A DNA stretch of 64,000 nt from Planctomycetota bacterium (lineage in GTDB: Bacteria > Planctomycetota > UBA8108 > SXIK01), in NCBI GenBank assembly GCA_965223265.1, contig OZ244999.1, positions 6,304,001-6,368,000 of the forward strand. Reading direction: 5' to 3'. This document shows positions 59,102-64,000 of the stretch, one piece after another. The notes beneath the pieces are model-generated. The model saw only the letters and a list, made by a program, of their open reading frames with translations, was not told the DNA's origin and ran no database searches. Each line of letters starts with the position of its first letter. Within the stretch, counting starts at the first letter, position 1. Position numbers and translations under genes: made by a program.

Positions 59102-59238
59102 TCGAGGCGCTGATCGGGGGTACGCGCGTCTCAAAACGGCACTCGGAAGACCTCTTCGCCGCGCCTTTTCGTCATTTTTCGCAGGCGTTTGGGAGTGGAC
59201 TCTTTCTGAGTCGCCCCTGAGCCGCTAACCTTCAGACT

Positions 59239-59892
59239 ATGTGGCCCGACCACGACAACACGGCACGTCTTCTCGAGCGCGCTCGAGAAGGTGACAGCGA
59301 GGCAGAGAATCAGCTCCTGGCGCGGCATCGCGACGCCCTCAGGCGCGTCGTCGCGCTGCGACTCGATCCCGCCATCGCGGGCCGCATCGACGCCAGCGAC
59401 ATCGTGCAGGAGGCGCTCGTCGAAGCGAGTCGGCGGCTGCCGCAGTACATGGCGGATCCCGCCATGCCGTTTCATCTTTGGCTACGTCAACTAGCGAAAG
59501 ATCACCTGATCGACGCTCATCGAAAACACCGCGTGGCGCAGAAACGAAGTGTCGACCGCGAACGCTCGCTGACGGATCCAATCGCGAGCGACAGTTCATC
59601 GATCGCCCTTCTCCAGCAGCTGGCGGCAGAAGGCCTGACCCCGCAGGCCGCCGCCATGCGCAAGGAGATTCAGGCACGATTCCGAGGCGCGCTTGACGAG
59701 CTTAAGGAGACGGATCGCGAGGTTCTCCTCATGCGCCACTTCGAACAGCTGACCAACCAGGAGGTGGCCACGGCTCTCGACCTCAGCGAGCCTGCCGCTG
59801 CCATGCGCTACATGCGGGCCATCCGGCGCCTTGGTGAGCTCATCGGTGGTGATGGTGACGCAAGTGGGGGTCGGGAGAGCGGCGCCGAATGA
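59239..59892 (+). CDS. ECF sigma-70 factor, planctomycete type
   Basis: RIDASDIVQEA, FHLWLRQLA..HRKH..KRSVDRE and DREVLLMRHFEQLTNQEVA. Confidence 0.92.
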   Translation: MWPDHDNTARLLERAREGDSEAENQLLARHRDALRRVVALRLDPAIAGRIDASDIVQEALVEASRRLPQYMADPAMPFHLWLRQLAKDHLIDAHRKHRVAQKRSVDRERSLTDPIASDSSSIALLQQLAAEGLTPQAAAMRKEIQARFRGALDELKETDREVLLMRHFEQLTNQEVATALDLSEPAAAMRYMRAIRRLGELIGGDGDASGGRESGAE

Positions 59893-61652
59893 CGCAGGAG
59901 CCACACGGAAAGCGCGAGCATTCGGCGGCGGCTTCCGACGGCGACGCCAACGACGCGAATCTCGCCGCCGAAGTGACCGCGGGAGAGCGCGACGCGGCGC
60001 TCGCCCAACTGCTCGATCGTGCCGTTGCGGAGCTCCGAGCCGGTCGACACCCGGACGCTGCAGCGCTGGCGGCGGAACGACCGGAACTGACAGACGAGCT
60101 GCGCCACCTTCTGGGGACTCTCGTGATCACCGAAGAGCTTGCCGGATCCAGCTCTGCACTCGACCCGGCGGCGACCGGCTCTGTTCATGGTGTTGACATC
60201 CTCGCGGGCGGAACACCGCTGCCTGAGCGCTTTGGCGGCTTTGACATCGTTCGCGAGCTCGGCCGCGGCGGCATGGGCATCGTCTATGAGGCGCGCCAAG
60301 CGACGCTCGACCGCACCGTGGCGCTCAAGGTACTGATCGGCGGCGCGCGGGCATCAGCGAGCGACAACGAACGCTTCTACACCGAGGCGCGGTCTGCCGC
60401 GCGGCTCCAGCATCCCAACATCGTTGCTGTCTATGACGTCGGAGAGCACGACGGGCAGCCTTACTTCACGATGCGCCGCGTCGATGGTGAAACGCTCGCG
60501 CAGCGACTCATCGCCGGACCACTCGCACCGCGCGACGCCGCGCAGCTCCTGGTGCTGGTCGCACGCGCCGTACAGCACGCGCACGAGATGGGCGTCCTCC
60601 ATCGCGATCTCAAACCGTCGAACGTCCTGCTCGATCGACGCGGCGCACCCCACGTCACCGACTTCGGGCTCGCCAAACCTCTGGACGCCGACAGCGGTTT
60701 GACGCAGACAGGAGCCATCCTCGGGTCACCGAGCTACATGGCACCCGAACAAGCAGCGGGCAAGCGCGGCATCGTGGGCGCCGCTACTGATGTCTACGGA
60801 CTCGGCGCGATTCTCTACCACGTTCTTACCGGGCGCCCACCCTTTCAAGCGGCGACGCCTTTCGACACGGTGCTGGCGGTTCTCGAGCAGCAGGTCGTGC
60901 CGCCGAGGGTTCTCCAGCCGAACATCGATCGAGATCTCGAGATGATTTGCCTGCGGTGCCTGCAAAAGCCCCAAGATTTGCGCTACGCGTCAGCCGCGAC
61001 GCTCGCAGACGACCTCGAAGCCTACTTGCGCGGCGAGGCAGTGTCAGCGCGCTCGACCGGCATCATGGACGTCATGAGCCGCGTCTTTCGCGAAACGCCG
61101 CACGCACACGTGTTGGAGAACTGGGGGCTGCTGTGGATGCTCCACAGCTGCGCGCTGCTCGCACTTTGCCTCGTAACCCACTACATGCGCTATCACCGCG
61201 GCATCATGTCGCCGGGCCCTTACATCGCGCTGTGGACGATCGGGCTCGGCGCTTGGGCGGCCATCTTCTGGGGCCTGAGGCGCCGGGGCGGTCCGATCAC
61301 ATGGATCGAACGGCAAATCGCACACCTCTGGGGCGCCGGCATCATCTGCAGCTCTCTGCTCTTCCTCCTCGAGATCATCCTGCGGCTGCCAGTGCTGACA
61401 CTCTCGCCGGTCTTACCCCTCATCAGCGGCAGCGTCTTTCTCGCCAAGGCCGGAATTCTGTCAGGCATATTCTACATTCAGGCGGGATGCCTTTTCGCGC
61501 TCAGCGCCCTGATGGCCTTCCACCCCACCAGCGGACTCGTACTCTTCGGGTTTGCCTCGGCAGCCAGCTTCTTCATTCCAGGTCTCAAGTACTATCGCCA
61601 GCGACGCGCGCAAGAGCGTTCGATCGCCGACGACGCTCAACATCCAACGTAG
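59889..61652 (+). CDS. Ser/Thr protein kinase with C-terminal multi-TM domain
   Basis: LGRGGMGIVY, VALK, HRDLKPSN, DFGLAK, GSPSYMAPEQ and about 6 TM helices; ATGA overlap with the ECF gene. Confidence 0.93.
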   Translation: MTQEPHGKREHSAAASDGDANDANLAAEVTAGERDAALAQLLDRAVAELRAGRHPDAAALAAERPELTDELRHLLGTLVITEELAGSSSALDPAATGSVHGVDILAGGTPLPERFGGFDIVRELGRGGMGIVYEARQATLDRTVALKVLIGGARASASDNERFYTEARSAARLQHPNIVAVYDVGEHDGQPYFTMRRVDGETLAQRLIAGPLAPRDAAQLLVLVARAVQHAHEMGVLHRDLKPSNVLLDRRGAPHVTDFGLAKPLDADSGLTQTGAILGSPSYMAPEQAAGKRGIVGAATDVYGLGAILYHVLTGRPPFQAATPFDTVLAVLEQQVVPPRVLQPNIDRDLEMICLRCLQKPQDLRYASAATLADDLEAYLRGEAVSARSTGIMDVMSRVFRETPHAHVLENWGLLWMLHSCALLALCLVTHYMRYHRGIMSPGPYIALWTIGLGAWAAIFWGLRRRGGPITWIERQIAHLWGAGIICSSLLFLLEIILRLPVLTLSPVLPLISGSVFLAKAGILSGIFYIQAGCLFALSALMAFHPTSGLVLFGFASAASFFIPGLKYYRQRRAQERSIADDAQHPT

Positions 61653-61707
61653 CTGGGTCAACTGACGATTGTGTTCGGCGGCATCGCATTCGCGATGACA
61701 CTCACAC

Positions 61708-63114
61708 TCAGGGTGAGAACGCAATCCCGCTCACGGGAGCGCCAGCATCGAAAGGGCTCCCCGTGGCGGCCGTCAGTTCGCCCGCGGCGCCGACGACGAA
61801 AATCTCGAGTGCCTCCGACGTCGTCGTCCCGACGACAACGATCGGTCCGGCCGTGGCAATCGCGAACGCCGGACCGCCGAGGCCAAACGGCGACAGGACG
61901 GCCTCTGAGGGCGCACCCAGGGCGTCCGTCACCAGGGACACCACGGCCGCGACGCTACCGCGCACCCCGACGATGGTGGTGCCGCTCACCGCGAGCGCCT
62001 CCACGGCCGCGCCCGAAATCGTAAATGGTGAACCGGCGAGAGCAGTCAACGCCCCGCTCGATTCCATCGTGAACGCACTGACCGAGCTAACGTCCCGGTG
62101 CGAAGCGTAGAGAGTCGTCCCGAGCTGCGTCAGCGCGATAGGGGAATCGAGCCCCCCACCCGTAAACGGCGATGCCGCGTTCGTCAGTAGCTGACCTTCC
62201 GAGCCGATGTCGAAGATCAAGATTTCGTCTGTGATCTCGCTGGCGGCGTAAAGCGTACCCGCACGCCGAGCGAGAGCGGTGGCACCGTCGGCCAAAACAC
62301 CACTATGAGGGCTGAGTGAGAGGGCGCCGGTGCTACCGTCGAAATCGAAGACCGTAATCGTCTCGCTCCCGGAGTTAAGAACGAAGACGTGGTCGTCGGC
62401 CGCTGCGACGTGACTCGCCTCGAGGCCGTCGGTTGCAAACGGCGATCCGAGCACAGGCGAGAGCTCACGATTGAGTTCGTCGAGAGCCAAGACCGCGACA
62501 TCGCCCGAGTCGGTGTGCGTGATGAGAAAGTAGTCACCGACGAGCAGGATAGAGTGGGCTGCGTTGCCGCCCGTCCCGAGGCCGCTAAGGAACTCGGTTT
62601 CGCCCGTTGCGACGTTGGTCAAATAGAGACTCGCAAACCCCGTCACGCCTTCATCGGCGACGACCATGAAGCGACTGTTGTGGAGCTCCATCCCATCGGT
62701 CGTATCCGAGAAACCGTTGTTCGGTTTGACTCGGAGGAAAACCGCGTCGAGACGTTCGCCTGGCAGATCGCTCTGCGAGTCCCAAACGAACGAATACGAT
62801 TCTCCAAGCTCACTCACCATGAGGCCGCTGGTCGGATCGCCGCCGGCGCCCGGAGTCGCCTGTTGAAACACCGAGCCGTTGGTGCTGTAGGTGACGTCGA
62901 CGTCGACGAGGTTGCCGTCGTCGCCTCTCAGCGTGTACGCCAGCACGACATCACCACTCTGCACGCCAGCCGGCGTTGTGACGCTCGCAGAAGAACGGGC
63001 TCCACTGCCGAAGAGGCTATCGGAATCACAGCCGACGTGAAGACCAGCGAAGCAAAAAACAGAGAGCAAAAGTCGAACCCTGACTTGCTGGCGCTTCACG
63101 TCACCCTTCCGCAC
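61708..63114 (-). CDS. Lipoprotein with lactonase-family beta-propeller
   Basis: Lipobox-like LHVGC and repeated (G/S)SPF blade motifs. Alternative start is GTG at 63099. Confidence 0.78.
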   Translation of the reverse strand: MRKGDVKRQQVRVRLLLSVFCFAGLHVGCDSDSLFGSGARSSASVTTPAGVQSGDVVLAYTLRGDDGNLVDVDVTYSTNGSVFQQATPGAGGDPTSGLMVSELGESYSFVWDSQSDLPGERLDAVFLRVKPNNGFSDTTDGMELHNSRFMVVADEGVTGFASLYLTNVATGETEFLSGLGTGGNAAHSILLVGDYFLITHTDSGDVAVLALDELNRELSPVLGSPFATDGLEASHVAAADDHVFVLNSGSETITVFDFDGSTGALSLSPHSGVLADGATALARRAGTLYAASEITDEILIFDIGSEGQLLTNAASPFTGGGLDSPIALTQLGTTLYASHRDVSSVSAFTMESSGALTALAGSPFTISGAAVEALAVSGTTIVGVRGSVAAVVSLVTDALGAPSEAVLSPFGLGGPAFAIATAGPIVVVGTTTSEALEIFVVGAAGELTAATGSPFDAGAPVSGIAFSP

Positions 63115-63633
63115 TGTCCTTGGTCTCTTGACGATACCCTCACCTCCAGCACATGTATCGGCTCGATCAAGACGAGCCCATGGCCCTTCGGGAAAGCGCA
63201 GTTTTATCGCTCTCGCGGCGACGAAACCTGAGTTCGCGCCTTGTCTGGGCGGGCTCAGTTGCCCCCTTTCGAGTGCTCGGCTCCGTCGCAGGCCTGTCTA
63301 CGACTGTGTGTTACGACAAGCGGTCGCCGCCGGTGCGGCAACGGACTCGAGAACCCGGCGAAGGATGCTGGTCGCACGGGGGCCGGAGCGGTTAAAATGC
63401 GCATCGGTTATGGGTTGGATGCAGGCCTTCAGCGATTGCGGCTCGCGGGGTTATCGACCGCAATCGAAGCCCGCGATGTCGTGATTTTCGGGTTGGAGTC
63501 GGGAACTGATCGTCCTCGTGCATCAGTGGCCAGCTTGGCCACGGCGCGCGAGTAGGTCGCTAGCTCGTCGGCGGGTCGCGCCATAGACGTTTTGGCGGTG
63601 TCACGAGTTCGTGGCTTCTTGCGAGGAAGAAAA

Positions 63634-64000
63634 ATGAAAACGACCAGTGTGTCGTGGTATGCGCTGATCTTAGGTCTGGGTCTCGGCTGCAGCGGTTTCC
63701 TGGTTCCGGTGTACGGTCAGGGTGGATACGTTGACGTGCAAGGTCCGCCAGTCGTTGGTAATGGATTCACCAACGGCGCCGGGGCTACGCTCGGACGTCT
63801 GTTCGTTCGTGTTGGTGGCGTGGACGCGGACGCGGAACCGGGCGCCCCCACCATACCGCTAGAATTCAATCTGACGTCAAGCCAATTGAGGGTCGAGCCA
63901 ACCACGTGCGCCTCCGCGGCGGACAGTCGCTGTGACCCCTCTGGAGTCGGCAAAGCGGGTGTCATGGGATACCCGACAGGCACGTCAACGGCGTTCATGT
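63634..64000 (+). CDS. Secreted protein, 5' fragment running off the window
   Basis: ATG at 63634 after GAGGAAG; signal peptide MKTTSVSWYALILGLGLGC; frame stays open to the window end. Confidence 0.7.
   Translation, partial: MKTTSVSWYALILGLGLGCSGFLVPVYGQGGYVDVQGPPVVGNGFTNGAGATLGRLFVRVGGVDADAEPGAPTIPLEFNLTSSQLRVEPTTCASAADSRCDPSGVGKAGVMGYPTGTSTAFM

Noticed and set aside
63128-63633. Possible tRNA or ncRNA in the long intergenic gap
   Set aside because: No cloverleaf or recognisable RNA motif; probably a divergent promoter region.

Overview
A GC-rich bacterial chromosomal segment, most likely from a Planctomycetota lineage. This is an inference from the planctomycete-type ECF sigma/Ser-Thr kinase pair, tandem DUF1573 proteins and several sigma-54 activators. 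I found no rRNA, tRNA, CRISPR array or transposase. Gene content in order: a prkA-yhbH-spoVR-meaB operon; an orphan dnaK behind a sigma-54 promoter, with an adjacent NtrC-type two-component system; an MA-clan peptidase; a two-gene operon of a coiled-coil protein and an actin-like protein; an NFACT/RqcH-like gene; ndk; two sigma-54 activators (one a 2043-aa kinase fusion); an RpoD-family sigma factor; a cyclodeaminase and truD; two DUF1573 proteins; a retropepsin-TPR protein; an arginine operon (argB-argH-argG-DUF1611-argC-argD-argF'); fabI; a TPR/HEAT protein with an OmpR-type two-component system; a site-2 protease; an exported protein with an in-frame UGA; a Cys-less thioredoxin-like protein; an ECF sigma with its kinase; and a beta-propeller lipoprotein. 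Four leads stand out. (1) A 21-codon upstream ORF with 11 Arg codons precedes the arg operon and is a candidate arginine attenuator. (2) That operon lacks argA/argJ but carries a DUF1611 P-loop protein and a transcarbamylase with the succinyl-type signature. (3) A probable new selenoprotein has a CxxxxU motif and an fdhF-like SECIS. (4) A bacterial volactin-like actin is coupled to a coiled-coil partner. The window also has two MITE families with target-site duplications and GCGNNN hexamer arrays. All protein family assignments come from motif recognition by eye, not from database searches.
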